Origin: Eledone cirrhosa
Taxonomy: Eukaryota
Assembly (NCBI GenBank): GCA_964016885.1
Contig: OZ024742.1
Span: 329,778,001-329,842,000, forward strand
Reading direction: 5' to 3'
Length of the DNA stretch: 64,000 nucleotides
Shown here: positions 22,546 through 36,507 of the stretch, one piece after another
How positions within the stretch are numbered: position 1 is the first letter of the stretch
Layout of the letters: the number at the start of each line of letters is the position of its first letter
Made by a program: the position numbers and the translations under genes
Notes under the pieces: model-generated
What the model saw: only the letters and a program-made list of their open reading frames with translations
Told to the model about the DNA's origin: nothing
The model's database searches: none

Positions 22546-25500
22546 AGTTAGGTAGGTAGAAAAACTGCACTGTGGTTACACACCCGTAGCTGGAAATATC
22601 TGAGTGGATAAAAAAATCGTTTGCAATCATGAGAACTGCGAATTGATTTCACTGAGTAAACCTATGGACAGGAATATGTTGTTTAGCTCCGTGTTTTAAA
22701 AGTTAAATTAAATAGACAGAAGCTGTGTGGAAGCCCGTTGGAGCATAGTACATGTTATCTTATGTCCAGACATGTGATATATGCTTCATCTCGCTGATGT
22801 TGCCAGATGATTAAATTAAAGGTAAACGAACATGTGGAGTACTCAGCTTCTCTTATGTAAATTGATGATTTTGAAGTCCAGTTGATTGGACCATTGATTG
22901 TTCAATGTCGACACTGAAAGAGGTTTCATCATTTTGTATTATGACCTGATCACGGCAATATTTCAATTTAGCCGGAATATATATTATCAGACACTTTAAC
23001 AAAACTGTCAGGTAATTTTCCTATTTCAAAGTAAAGAACGGAAATGTTACATGCAATGTATCAGTATTGCAAGACATTATCTGATGTTAGTGATATAATG
23101 ATTGTCAATAATTATGATTAACCTAGTGAAATGAAGACAGGAAATATTAAATGTGTGATAAAATACTTAGAACTCATAAAACAAGCAATATCAAATATGT
23201 TACACAATCATAACTACGTTTATTCATTTTCTGCAGTCGATACGAGCGAAAGAATGTCGGGCATATCGACCCTACGGCGTATTGTTTCATGCCTGGTTCT
23301 TATTTCAATAACGGCTGGGTCACGAAAAGGAAATAATCACGAACAAAAAACACGGACGCAATTACACATACATATACGATATGCTTCTATCGTTTCTGTC
23401 TACTAAATTTCATTCAGAAAAAATGATATGTGTCAGATCCAGTGTAGTAGGTCTGAACACAAAAACCAAACTAGGGTGCGCAACCATCTTGTGACAGAAT
23501 TGAAAAATAAAAAGAGTGTACCTACATGAACATATCTGGCAGAACAACTAAGAAAGTTATATATTTTTTTTTGGTATTTTTTTAGTTCTAAACAATTCAA
23601 TTTAATTTCATAATATTATAATTTTACAATTTGGTTTTGTAGATCTAGTAAGTTCTTTGTTAACTGGGTGATAACACAAATCTACAGTTATCACATGTTG
23701 TATTTAATCGATCCTAGTAAATTCGATTCTCAAACAAGTATTCAGTCCACATTTCCGATTTGAGATTAATTCGATAATCGATAGTTTTTCTTTCACACAA
23801 GAAGACTCCTCTTAAAACCTCAACCTCAGCAAATTATCATGTAAACCTCTAAAATAATAAAGTATTAAAACAATGTGCTAAATGATGGTTTTCTATACCA
23901 ATTCGCTTGAAAATGACTCATGTCCTACGATACTGCTCCTATGTTCTTATAGAATTATCAACTTTCTATCATACTTTTATGTAAGAGCATTCTGTTATCG
24001 CATGTTACTAACACCAGCATAATAAGACATTTTACCTTGTCCTTTTAACATCTTAAATGCGGAATGTTGAACTAAAGTTGGAATTACTACATTGTTGGTA
24101 ACCTAGCTAGAATTAGTAGCTAAGGTTGTATGAAGTCACTCCATTGTATCGTAAACGTAAGCACGTATTAGTTAATGCGCCTCTAGATATAATACTTTTG
24201 AAAACATAAACGAGATGTTCTTCACTGAAAAATGTTTGTGACATAGATTTTTATGGAAAATATTAGTAACAATAAGAGCAGAGTTTGATGCAATATCAGC
24301 TTCAATAATTAATATTTTCTGTAAATAGTTTCCCCCCAATACATAATACAAAACGTCGTTGAGGCCTGCATCTCTGTTTTGTAAATCGAGTGAGCAAACA
24401 ATTATGTATCCGTTATAGGCATATATAATGAAGGTTGCATTTTCTAAAGAGATTCATTATCTCGTCTCTGCTTGATATTCAGTTTGAACGCTTGCGTTAT
24501 ATATTAAGTAAAGTTATACTAATTTAATGAATGAATGTATGATTTTCGAGGACGACTCGACGCCTGACTGAACACTTGTAAATGATGTGTATTCCTTCAT
24601 ACAACTTACTAGATCTATATCCCAGATAATTGAGATGAAGTTAGGCATGGTAAAAAAGAAAGCGGAAAGCATCTTTGCAGATAATAACGTGGAGAAATCC
24701 CAAAAGGCGTTTGAATAATATAAAATATCTGACAGTGTTGAATTATGTTAAGATGAAACAGATGGAAGAGATATAAAGTGAAAGTAAAACTGTTGAAACC
24801 AATCTAAATGGAAAAGAATACATACACAAGCAATACTAATATTTGCATAGTGTATAGCTTATTTTAATGGAGTAAACCCTAAATAAACTTGAAGTGGATA
24901 GGCAAGCGAGAAATCTGTTGACAATGAACAATAGGATACGCCAGCGAAGCAGCAGTTAGGAGAAGCAGAGCACTATTTAATTTAATTCATAGAGCACGCT
25001 TGACACTTGTAGGTCTAAAGGGATATATTAGGAAGTGGGAAGAGAAGCTGGATTGTACATCCTAGAAGATTGCGTAATATATAGATCCAAGTAATATTTC
25101 AACAAAAGAAACACAAACATGTTTACAACTTTCTTTATCGTAGTTACTCAAATAAACATCAGCTAGAAAGAAACGAGATCCTCCAAAATAGATAGAATGT
25201 AACAAGGGATTAGCGAAAACAGAATAACATGCATATTGAAAGAAGCCAGCAGAATATTACTGGCGTAATGTATGTAACATTTTAGTAAACTGTAGTATGA
25301 TACCAAAAAGAATGTGTTACACAACGGGGGTGGGGGGTCGCTAACATGTGAAAGGAAATTGTTTGGCACAAGGTAAAAGGAATATAAGAAAAAGAAACAC
25401 CAGTCGGAGATCCTGTTAAACATGTCTATTACATTTATATTGCGGGATTGTCCGTTCACATTCATTTTATAAGTGACGCACAGCGACTATTTAGTAACAC

Positions 25501-25740
25501 AAAGGAAAGGGAGAATCACATTATTTTATATTGTCTGATATTATGGCTTTGTGAAATGGATGCAAAAATAAGCTGAAATGAGTACTAAATATATTCTCAT
25601 GAATGAGATGTTAGTAGCATTTAACAGTCAATAAAAGAACATACAATAAATAACCCAAACATTCTATTTAATATATGTTATAATATATATATTTGTATAG
25701 AGACGGACAAGGAGGTTTTAAAACAAGACATACTATTCAT

Positions 25741-25965
25741 TTTAATTTTTAACCCCTGGCTTCAATCATTAGGCTGCGGGCATGCTAAAAACCTTTCAGA
25801 CAATCATTATGAAGCAAGGACTTTGTGTTTGAAATCAGTTTTTTATTTTATCGCTCTGTGTTCACCTGACAAATATGTTACGGGAGGCAATCTAAATGAC
25901 CCCTCACACATACACAGGGGCCAAAGCACAGACAAGCATACACACACAGACGTACTTTCCATCAT
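25741..25965 (-). mobile_element. Degenerate fragment of a second SINE-like repeat (related remnant near 23230-23480)
   Basis: tcaatcattaggctgcgggcatgct..gttacgggag..cacagac..cacacac resembles an abundant octopus repeat recalled from memory; not verified. Confidence 0.35.
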
Positions 25966-27289
25966 AAAAGGCAGTCCATAATCAAAATTGACATTGCAAA
26001 CTGTTTTAATGTGGTCCCTTTTCTCCCTATGTTAAGATTAGACCAACTTCCAAAGATGTTTTTGTATATACCATTTAGAGTGTTATAGTTTAATTTCATT
26101 TATTACAGTGCATTTTTCTAATCACTGGTTGTAATGCCCTGTTTTCTAATTTCAATTCAGTGCAGAAATTGTTTCCTTATGCATAAAGAAAACAAATATT
26201 TCCCTTACGTTATTAGTATCGCAATTATATATTCATAGGTTCGATTATTAGATCGGGACGCACGTATTCCTTTCTAGTGAATTGCTTTATTTCATCTTGC
26301 TTTACATGCTATGAATGATGTCCCTATCATTAGAACACACGAGACATTTTCCCTGAGATGCAACTAGATAGGAAGCCAACTAGACCTGCATAACATTGAG
26401 CTGTAAATTACATTTCAAATTTGCTCTCATGGATGAAATATGTGTCGTTATAGGAAATAAGATCATATTGGTTACTTATATCCCGACAGATTCAAGGTTT
26501 AACTCGAATTTCCCATTAGTGTCATTGCTTTTCACTATCCCACTCACTTAATCGTGGTAAATTATATTCTTCTCTATATGTTGGCAGCGTTTGTTTGTTG
26601 AGATACAATTTACAATGATATTCAACTTTTATTTCATAGTCAATGTTCAGTATTCTCTCTCCGTTCCTCTGCTTTTAATACTCTGGCAATTCTTGAGAAA
26701 CTTTTCCATAGCTTGCTTTCAGATGTTAACGATCCTTATCTGTAGCGTCCACTGATAACTGACATTTATTTTCAAGTATTGACGTATATCAATTTGTGAA
26801 AGATCTCCTTTGAAAAGACTGAATCAAATAGAGGATTTCCCACTTAAGAATATTATTTGAGAAATCTTTCTCTCAGAACAAAATATCTCATCTTTTGTAT
26901 TGTGACCTGTGACCTCCTTGGATGAAAGAATCTCCAAGAATCATATTGATAGCTGAAAATATTTTATTGAGGTTACAAATTTAACATTATCTTAGCACCT
27001 TATACTTCATCGAGTATGTGAAATTTTGCCTGATTAATTTTCTCTGCTCTGTTATATTTCTAAGAATTGTGTTGGTGATGCTCATATGACTAGCATTAAA
27101 TATATGCCTAAAAGGAAATATTTACAATGCATATTTCCGATATAATTATATGTATAACCAACTACATCCATCTCTTTTGTCATATCTATAAAATTGATTT
27201 ATGCAGTCATTTTATATACTAAGAAATATTCACCTACACGTAATATTTTATTGAAAGGTATATGAATTGTTATATTTCCTCAAAATTTT

Positions 27290-27700
27290 ACTACATACAA
27301 ATCATTGACTGGCCGTTTCCCTTTGTGAATATCCCCATCGAAACGTGAAGTTTTTCGGTACCCTGATTACCGTTCTCATCCCGCCCAAGGATGATTGCCA
27401 TAAGGCGGATAAATTGATGTAACTGTATCAACTTTTGTTCTAAACAGTAATTGGTCACTATCTTTTCGATGGCGTGCAATTGACATGTATTCTCCAGCTG
27501 AGTGTGTAGTTATCAGCAAGAAACACGCTCTTTCCTATTCGAATGGTCATCAGTCAATGGGCTCTGAATGATTTGGCAAGAAATTGGAGTTTCATTGCAT
27601 GCCAAATATTTATAACCTACTGGATCCTATCACTTCTACAAGACTGTTGATTGTGAAAGTTTTTTAGACTCTTCGAATAGTTTTATTCTCCATTTGGGTG
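27290..27700 (-). mobile_element. Possible decayed pogo/Tigger-type DDE transposase remnant
   Basis: Broken minus-strand pieces KSVFLADNY and TSIYPPYG loosely match the LLLDN and TS.LQP.D motifs. Confidence 0.25.
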
Positions 27701-28284
27701 CTACTTCCACCTAATAATCTAGATTGGACCAGACAATATCGCATATTAACCTAGATGCATTTACATTCACAACTATTAGCCAAACACTCTTCATTTGAGA
27801 AACGTTGGGAGACAGACAATATATATATATATATATATATCGGAGAAATAGGTTGTTAATTATATCCATGTTATAGAACAATTCAAGTCCGTAGGGAGGG
27901 TTTAAATGTATTAAGGCCAATTGCTACATCACTATACCAAGTACGTAAGTTTCGTTAGTCCCGAGGACCAGCGTGTTTAACCTGAAACGATTTTTGTTTC
28001 ATTTTCAACGGCATGGATTGAACCAGTTGGTCCACAGACATAATGAAACATATATAACTCGCATGGCGTTGTTGTAGCAACTGGTCTTAAGAATTTGCTG
28101 ACGATCCGGCATTTGACTACTGTGATTTACCGATTTAGTTAATAAAATATATACAAAGGAAATTAATCATTTTAAAAGGTATCTATATTTGAAGATCTAG
28201 TTAATCTTTATTTAATTAGTTACCTACCTAGTTGTGTGTGCTTACACTCTTTACAAAATATCCCCTGTGATTGTTTCATATGTT

Positions 28285-28365
<81 letters not shown>

Positions 28366-28480
28366 AATCGATTTTAATTGGTATTAATGCTCGGATCTAT
28401 TCATTGGAATCTTTGAGGATATTCTGTAGATGTTTCTCAGACATGACATCCTAAATTTAATTTTCGTTACGCACACACTT

Positions 28481-28572
<92 letters not shown>

Positions 28573-29136
28573 TTTAGTACAACATCAACGAAGCTTTTGG
28601 CGGCGGTCAAGCTAACGAATGCCAATTCGGAATGCACCTTAGCACTCAATGGATAATATTACCCCAGAGTCATATCAATACGTTTAGACAGCTTTGCAAA
28701 TCAAATATAGTGACCGACAGTCTGGCCGCATTGCCATAGCAACGTAAAAAACTGAACTCAGGAAAAGATTTTGGGACTGACCTAGACCGAAGCGTAGACA
28801 TCGAATGCAACACATACGTATAGCATACCATATACATCACATATAACATACAACATCTCCGCTAGGTTTCTGTAAACCCGAGATCGACAATGACCGCTTG
28901 CAGGGGTCTGCAAGTTAATGGCTTTTGACGACAGAACAAAGGATTTACTTCGTCAACAGGTTTTACGTTCTCTAGCCTCGACGGCTGTATTTCCTAGCAG
29001 TCATTTTCGCTATATGAGGTTTTCCCAAAGGGAGGTGACCCCCGATTTGGCGATCAATTCGAAATTTTGGACAAAGGAATAAAATTCCCTTAGACAAACC
29101 GATTTAAGCACTCGACCCGAAATTATCAAACAAACA

Positions 29137-29204
<68 letters not shown>

Positions 29205-29205
<1 letters not shown>

Positions 29206-29386
29206 TATCCAGGGAGCTCCAACCGTTAAGGTTATCTTTTTCCGGGTATGTCAATATTTATTTATAAAACAAATCTGTATTTTATCTGATGAAAGCGCAC
29301 CATAATTTGCTTTAGTTGCCTTTGACATAAATATAATAAAGTAAATATGGTTTTATTAATATAGTTTCCATTTAGTAATATATTGT

Positions 29387-29390
<4 letters not shown>
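29205..29390 (+). mobile_element. Penelope-like terminal repeat fragment with decayed hammerhead (CTGATGA 29286, GACA 29324) between (TA)n arrays
   Basis: Homologous to 36918-37105 and to the end of the element at 36440-36550. Confidence 0.7.
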
Positions 29391-29427
<37 letters not shown>

Positions 29428-29549
29428 AAATTAAGATAAATGAAATGAATTTAATCTAAATCAAAATTATGGGTGTCATGCCAGAAAGACATGCGCCATA
29501 TCACCCGCAAAATAAGCTCTAACATTCTAACGAGTAGGTCCGAGCATTT

Positions 29550-30136
29550 TATAATAACTAGAAATTGATTAACATATAAAGAAACATGAATAATCACAGG
29601 AGATAATTTTTACAAGTGTGTAACCACATATAGCTAGGTAGGTAACTAAATAAAGTTGACCAGAACTTCAAAAACAGATCCCTTATAATATGATTAATCT
29701 TCCCTGTATATATTCCATTAAAGAAATATATTTCACCAATTAATCGAATGGTAAACCGCAGAAGTGGCTACTTGGATTTTCAACCAGGATGAAGTTCTAG
29801 CGATCCGTGTTTACACTTCAAGTCAAATCAGCGACTGGTCAGCAACACGTGCTGTATCTACTAGAAATACACACATCATACTAGCTTCGTCCCAGTGGCG
29901 TGAATAGGGTTATCGACAACTAGAAACAGCAGTCGAGTCCTTTCAACCATTCGATTAATTGGTGAAATATATTTTTTTAATGGAATATATACAGGGAAGA
30001 TTAATCATATTATAAGGTTGATATTTTTGAAGTTCTGGTCAACTTTATTTAGTTACCTACCTAGCTATGTGTGGTTACACACTTGTAAAAATTATCTCCT
30101 GTGATTATTCATGTTAATCAATTTCTAGTTATTATA
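29550..30136. repeat. Inverted repeat, arms 29550-29752 and 29946-30136; diverged third copy at about 28145-28292
   Basis: Arms are reverse complements, for example gctaggtaggtaactaaataaagttgacc / ggtcaactttatttagttacctacctagc. Confidence 0.9.
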
Positions 30137-30241
30137 TATATATAAGAAACATATATATATATATATATTTATTCTTTTATTGTTGCGTCTTGTAAATCAT
30201 GGGGTAATAAAACATAATTTAATATTCCATGAAGGTATACG

Positions 30242-30720
30242 TTATGAGTAGAGATAGGCACAGTTTAGGTGAGGAGTGGCAGATTGGTTAATTTGGATGG
30301 GGCATTTATGTGGTCCCACATAGAATGGTGGTAATTTAGCAACGTTTATCCTTACACAAATAATCGTGTATTCGTATAGAGACATCAGGCATACATGAAC
30401 TTGTCGATTGATCCCATGGTCTGGCAGAAGCTTCTGTAACAGGCCCCGGATAACGTGGGGATAAACCTTGTCGAGGTCTATGAAACAGCTAGACACTTCT
30501 TTGCAATAATCCCATGATTTCTCAAACATCTGGCGCTGCATGAATATTTGTACCGCAGCCTCCATGAGAATAGTCATCGCACCTCCTTTAGATCAGAAGA
30601 TGCCGTTTTGTCTAAAGGGAGATCTCCAGACGCGTTTCTGATAGCAGGTGTCGAGGGCTGTAAATCTCGGATGGCCAGCCAGAATAATTTATTTGGTGAT
30701 CAGAAATCTGATCCAGCTAA
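30242..30720 (-). mobile_element. RTE-like LINE reverse transcriptase fragment
   Basis: RQMFEKSWDY..CFIDLDKVY..HGI..SLY..CVRIN matches the RQ..EK..E..FIDL.KAYD region. Confidence 0.75.
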
Positions 30721-30760
30721 AGCTCAAAATGTTACCATGTCTTGAATTTGCAAACCGCTA

Positions 30761-30788
30761 CTCTTTCTCTCTCTCTCTTTCTCTCTCT

Positions 30789-30845
<57 letters not shown>

Positions 30846-30856
30846 CTCTCTCTCTA

Positions 30857-30890
<34 letters not shown>

Positions 30891-30902
30891 ACTCTCTATT
30901 TC

Positions 30903-30952
<50 letters not shown>

Positions 30953-30953
30953 T
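30761..30953. repeat. (CT)n microsatellite
   Basis: Directly visible. Confidence 0.97.
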
Positions 30954-31599
30954 TTAGAAAAAGACAGAAAATTGAAAAGAAGATGAATATGAAAATAGAG
31001 GGTAGTTAGTGAGGAGGAGGATAGAAAGTTGAAACTAGCTAGTGAAATGAGTTAAGTTATCCAAAATACAGTATCAGGTGGGACTTCTGTAAAATAGCGT
31101 ACAAGGAGCAGCAGGCACCTCTAACGTTACCCGACACTCGCATATCTGTACCATTCCAATCCAGAGTTTTACGGTGGGCAGGAGTGACAGCAATCCAGAA
31201 AAGGCTCTGTGTGTCGGCGAAATCATCAACCGAATTCACCTTGACCCTGAAGGGTAAGTAGATTTATTCTACCTTGTGGCTGTAACGAAAGAAGTTATAT
31301 GGTGGAAGAGTCTGGAACGAGTGCAGACAGATTTTTTTTTGTTCGTCTAATTCCCCATCAACCTTTTCTAGTTTAAATAGAAAAGGGTGAATGTGGATAG
31401 AATGACATGTATGAATGAGCCGAATCTAAGCATGTAGTTGTGGGCTGGTTGATTTGAAGCGGGGCAGTGTGCCATTCCCAGCTGCTCTTGAAGTGTTAGC
31501 TGGTCCATGATGTGTGACGTATCTGAGACATCCTTCTGTGGTTCTCTTTTCTATTGGGTGATTCATTTTGTTATAGTTTAATAGTTACCGTATTTCCCT

Positions 31600-31860
31600 T
31601 TTTTCCTAAAATAAGTCTTAAACATCTAGCATGCGTCCTGGAGCCCGAAGAATGTTTATTATTATTTTACAAATGCTTGGTTGTCAAAACACGGTGCGCC
31701 GGGAAATACGGTAATTCTATTTTGTTATCATGGATTTATTGTAAACTCCTACTGTCCATGTCTATGTATTTCCGCCTGTGTGTCGGCCCTTGTGGCCAAT
31801 ACATGAACCAAATGTCATTATTAATATTATTATTATTACTATAATTATTATTTTTTATTA
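31600..31860 (+). mobile_element. 3' end of a Tx1-related LINE with (ATT)n tail
   Basis: actgtcc..atgtcta..ggcccttgtggccaata followed by ATT repeats, parallel to the 3'UTR of copy C. Start approximate. Confidence 0.6.
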
Positions 31861-32274
31861 TAACAGAATAAAAGATTAAGCAATAATGTGTGCCTTCACG
31901 CTAAATTGGGATAATATATATATATATATATTAACCAAACCAACCTGCGCACTTCGTCGAGTGCTCCAGCCTGCATACTGATGTGCTGGTATACAACCAA
32001 CATAAACTCAAAATCTCTCTCTATATATATATATATATATATGCATATATATATGTATGTATATATATAAGTATGTATACCTACATACATATATGTATAC
32101 AGAAGTACACTAGTATGTATATACATACATAAATGCACACACATATATGAATGTACGTATGGGTTTACCGAACATTTATTATAATGTTCAGTTTGTTTTA
32201 AACAAACAGCCCGAATTAGTATCCGTACAGTGTTTGACAACCATCGTTGCCCTTTTGTTCAACACGTCTAAGGA

Positions 32275-32317
32275 ACGATGAACTAGTTTCTAGCTTATTA
32301 GCTGTCATCAGCATCGT
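32275..32317 (-). ncRNA. Minimal type I hammerhead ribozyme
   Basis: acgatg CTGATGA c agct aata agct a GAAA ctag TT catcgt: 6-bp stem I, 4-bp stem II, palindromic stem III. Confidence 0.8.
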
Positions 32318-32839
32318 ATACCTTCCTGTCAGTCGATTGAACGTTTGAAAGTATATACTTTCCTTATGCATATTGACGGCTGAGCAGGCTAATTTGCATA
32401 TCGAGTGAGTTAGTCGGCCGGGTGTACCGAAAACGATAATCGGAAAAAATGAAATTTCATTTCTCACTCTTAGTACGGCTGATACTTAAATATACGTATG
32501 TATACGTACATAGATATTCGGGCTGCTTGTTTACAAACAAACCGAGCATTATAATACATTTTCGGTAAACCCATCCGTACATATATGTATGTGTGCATGT
32601 ATGTATGACTATACATACTAGTGTATGTCTGTATACATATATGTATATATTTATACATACTTATATTTAAGTATCAGCCGTACAAAGAGTGAGAAATTAT
32701 ATTTCATTTTTTTTCGTTTATCGATTTCGTTACACTCGGCCGACTAACTCACTCGATATGCAAATTAGGTTGCTGAACCGTTACTATTCATGAGGAAAGT
32801 ATATACTTTCAAACGTTCAATCAACTGACAGGCAGGTAT

Positions 32840-32882
32840 ACGATGCTGATGACAGTTAATAATCTAGAAACTTGTTCATCGT
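32840..32882 (+). ncRNA. Minimal type I hammerhead, mutated twin of 32275-32317
   Basis: acgatg CTGATGA cagttaataatcta GAAA cttg TT catcgt. Confidence 0.65.
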
Positions 32883-32999
32883 TCCTTCCAGTGTTGAACA
32901 AAAGGGCAATGGTTTCCGAACATGGTACGGCTACTAATTCGGGCTGTTTGTTTTCAAACAAACCGAGCATTATAATAAATATTCGGTAAAGCTATACGT

Positions 33000-33040
<41 letters not shown>

Positions 33041-33174
33041 CATGTAAAGTTATATTTAAAATTGTTGGGTTACAACTAGTAAATATTTATAACTGATATA
33101 AAAGCACTCGACAAATATTTGGAGTATATTTACAATATTAAATAAATGGAAAACTATATTTATAAAACCATATC

Positions 33175-33240
33175 TATTTCATTATATATATTTCGGGGAT
33201 ATCATATTAACAATATGCTATGCCTTCATCAGACAAAATA
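33175..33240 (-). ncRNA. Type I hammerhead in the inverted PLE repeat
   Basis: Reverse complement of 36442-36507. Confidence 0.72.
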
Positions 33241-34069
33241 CAATATAAACAGATTATAGATAAATAGATTCGACATACCGTAATAACACCGACTTCATTT
33301 GAAGAGGTTTACGCTGGCAGTGAAAATTTTATACAGAGAGAAAGAAAGAGAGAAAAAAGAGAGAAAAAAAGAAAGAAAGAAACAACGAAGAAAAGGAAGA
33401 AAAAGAAGAAAAAAAAAGAAAAAGAAGAAATGCACGGAACAAAATAGAGAGATGGAAAGATAGATAAAGCGAAGAACTTCATGTAAAGAAACAGAAAGAG
33501 AGATATATATATATAGAGAGAGGAAATAGAGATAGATACATATATATATAGAAAATTAGGTAGTGGGAGGTCATTTTGAGTAAGTGTATCAATGATACAT
33601 TTATTTATTTATTTATTTATTTAGCTCAGGTATTAATGTAAGGGAGATATATATAAAGAGAAAAAAATATAGAGAGAGGAAAAATAGCGAGAGAAAAAAT
33701 TTAAAAATAGCCAGACATATTCGAGGCGTAAAAAACCCTATGTTTTAATGTATTAGTATTTATAAAACTTACACTATATTGTAAATATCAGTATTCCTGA
33801 ATGAGACAAGTATCCATAATGTGTGAAAATTAATTATCTTATGTTTAGTTTTAAAAAATTCATATGTGACAGCTACAAACATCCATGCGAATCCAACTGA
33901 TTCACTCTGCAAACTCTAAGTTCACGGAAAACAATCTCAATGTGGTATAAAAATTTGAGCGTATTATTATTCCTGTCATTACTCTACAAGATTATCTATC
34001 AAGCAGAAATAGAGAGCAGATTTCAATATACTAATAAAAATATATATTATATAATAAACAAACACTATA

Positions 34070-34978
34070 GTAAACTCAGTCCAAAAACGTATCTCTAGGA
34101 TCTCGTCGAATAGAAAGATTTTCGACGAAAAGGCCCAGTACTATAATGATGCACTAGCTAGGGCCGGATATGCTGATAAGATTGTGTACATAGATAATGA
34201 TAGACAAACTAAACAAAGTAACAACTTTTTTAATTACGGCAACAACATTAACAACTATAATAGAAAGCATTACAATAATTCCAAAGGACAAATAAGAAAT
34301 AGAACTAGGAACATAATTTGGTTTGCCCCCTCTTTCTCACTAAACATTAAAACCCACATCGCTAAATTATTTTTCAAAGCTCTTGATAATCGCTTCCCTA
34401 GAACACATAGGTATCACTCAATCTTCAATAGGCATACAATTAAAATAACCTACTCATCCACAAAAAATTTAGCACAAAATATTAATAGAATAAATAATAG
34501 GAACTTAAAACCTACTGATAATAGCATAAATAATATACAAGTTAACAAATGTAACTGTAGAGATAGATCTAAATGTCCGTTAAATAACAACTGCTTAGTT
34601 AAAAATATAGTATACAATTGTAATGTTAATACTGACTCTAATTCTTTTAACTACGTCGGTTCCACATCGACGGAATTTAAACTTCGCTATAATAACCACA
34701 AGAATTCTTTCACAGATCCAAGTAAAAAATCTTCAACGGCACTATCAGGCGTACTCTGGCAACTTAAGCTAGATAACGTTAGGTATTCGACGGCTTGGAA
34801 TATAGTCTCAAGAGGGATTCCTTTTAATTCATCTTCTGAGACATGTGACCTCTGCACAGAGGAGATATTCTTTATACTAAAATCTAAAAATTCCCTTAAC
34901 CTACGGACAAATTTATTCAGTTGTTGCAAACATAGATTAAACTCAACGTTTAAATATAAATTTAAATTTAAAATGTAG
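34070..34978 (+). CDS. C-terminal part of PLE polyprotein: RT thumb/linker plus GIY-YIG endonuclease (no start codon)
   Basis: KRISRISS..YYNDAL..GY; IIWFAPSFS; HSIFNRHTIKITYS; CNC..CPL..C; IVY..YVG..FKLRYNNH; CDLC..E..LN..CCKH. Confidence 0.88.
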   Translation, partial: VNSVQKRISRISSNRKIFDEKAQYYNDALARAGYADKIVYIDNDRQTKQSNNFFNYGNNINNYNRKHYNNSKGQIRNRTRNIIWFAPSFSLNIKTHIAKLFFKALDNRFPRTHRYHSIFNRHTIKITYSSTKNLAQNINRINNRNLKPTDNSINNIQVNKCNCRDRSKCPLNNNCLVKNIVYNCNVNTDSNSFNYVGSTSTEFKLRYNNHKNSFTDPSKKSSTALSGVLWQLKLDNVRYSTAWNIVSRGIPFNSSSETCDLCTEEIFFILKSKNSLNLRTNLFSCCKHRLNSTFKYKFKFKM

Positions 34979-36441
34979 TATATTTAGTTTGATTTATATT
35001 TATATGGGAAACTAGCCGATAAATTTTTTGATTCCTAAATTTTTGATTCCCTCTTTTTACTCTTTTTTTTTATTGTTTATTTTTTTTTAATTTTATTTTT
35101 ATCTAAACATTCCTCATGAAAAATTAAGCTACCCTAAAAGCTGATGCTCCAAATTTTTTGAATTAACCTTACACTAGATAAACTTCTATATTAAATATAA
35201 GAACATATGTAGACCTAATTTGACATCATAATCTTTTTGAAATGATCTTTGCTAGATGTGATTTGATAGATAATTTTTGGCTTTGTCTTGTAATGAACTT
35301 GGCAATATATTGTCAATTAACTTTGAAGGGTTGTTCTTTGTGGTTTATTTTTATTTTTATTTTTATTTTTATTTTTATTTTTATTTTTTTTACTATTGTA
35401 GTATTCTATAATATTTCTTATTTTGTATTTTTAATATCTTTAATATGTAAATTTATAATACGTAATATTTTTTAATACGTAGTATTTTTAATATGTAATA
35501 TTTTTATTATGTAATATTCTTTCGTAATATTTTTTTTTTTTTTTTTTTAGTTTTCTATTCTATATTTTTACTTATTATTATTATTATTCTTATATTTTAA
35601 TTTTTAGTTTTGTTTATAATATAATATATATTTTTATTAGTATATTGAAATCTGCTCTCTATTTCTGCTTGATAGATAATCTTGTAGAGTAATGACAGGA
35701 ATAATAATACGCTCAAATTTTTATACCACATTGAGATTGTTTTCCGTGAACTTAGTTTGCAGAGTGAATCAGTTGGATTCGCATGGATGTTTGTAGCTGT
35801 CACATAAACATATGAATTTTTTAAAACTAAACATAAGATAATTAATTTTCACACATTATGGATACTTGTCTCATTCAGGAATACTGATATTTACAATATA
35901 GTGTAAGTTTTATAAATACTAATACATTAAAACATAGGGTTTTTTACGCATCGAAAATGTCTGGCTATTTTTAATTTTTTTCTCTCGCTATTTTTTCCTC
36001 TCTCTATATTTTTTTCTCTCTATATATATCTCCCTTACATTAATACCTGAGCTAAATAAATAAATAAATAAATAAATGTATCATTGATACACTTACTCAA
36101 AATGACCTCCCACTACCTAATTTTCTATATATATATGTATCTATCTCTATTTCCTCTCTCTCTATATATATATATATCTTTCTGTTTCTTTACATGAAGT
36201 TCTTCGCTTTATCTATCTTTCCATCTCTCTATTTTGTTCCATGCATTTCTTCTTTTTCTTTTTTTTCTTCTTTTTCTTCCTTTTCTTCGTTGTGTCTTTC
36301 TTTCTTTTTTTCTCTCTTTTTTCTCTCTTTCTACAATTTTCTCTCTGTATACAATTTTCACTGCCAGCGTAAACCTCTTCAAATGAAGTCGGTGTTATTA
36401 CGGTATGTCGAATCTATTTATCTATAAAACTGTTTATATTG

Positions 36442-36507
36442 TATTTTGTCTGATGAAGGCATAGCATATTGTTAATATGATATCCCCGAAATATATATAA
36501 TGAAATA
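36442..36507 (+). ncRNA. Type I hammerhead in the PLE 3' repeat
   Basis: tattttgt CTGATGA aggcatagcatatt gtt aatatgatatcccc GAAA tatata TA atgaaata. Stem I has G-U pairs; stem II is imperfect. Confidence 0.72.

Larger units (their letters stand above)
32061..33002. repeat. Head-to-head inverted, partially tandem ~421-bp non-coding unit with hammerhead (PLE- or retrozyme-like)
   Basis: 32152-32504 is the reverse complement of 32652-33002; 32061-32216 is the reverse complement of 32516-32670; attcgggctg recurs at 32516 and 32937. Confidence 0.88.

Noticed and set aside
31020-31560. Possible decayed LINE endonuclease (minus); similarly a decayed RT-like stretch at 40100-40520
   Set aside because: Too degenerate to show a diagnostic motif without a profile search.
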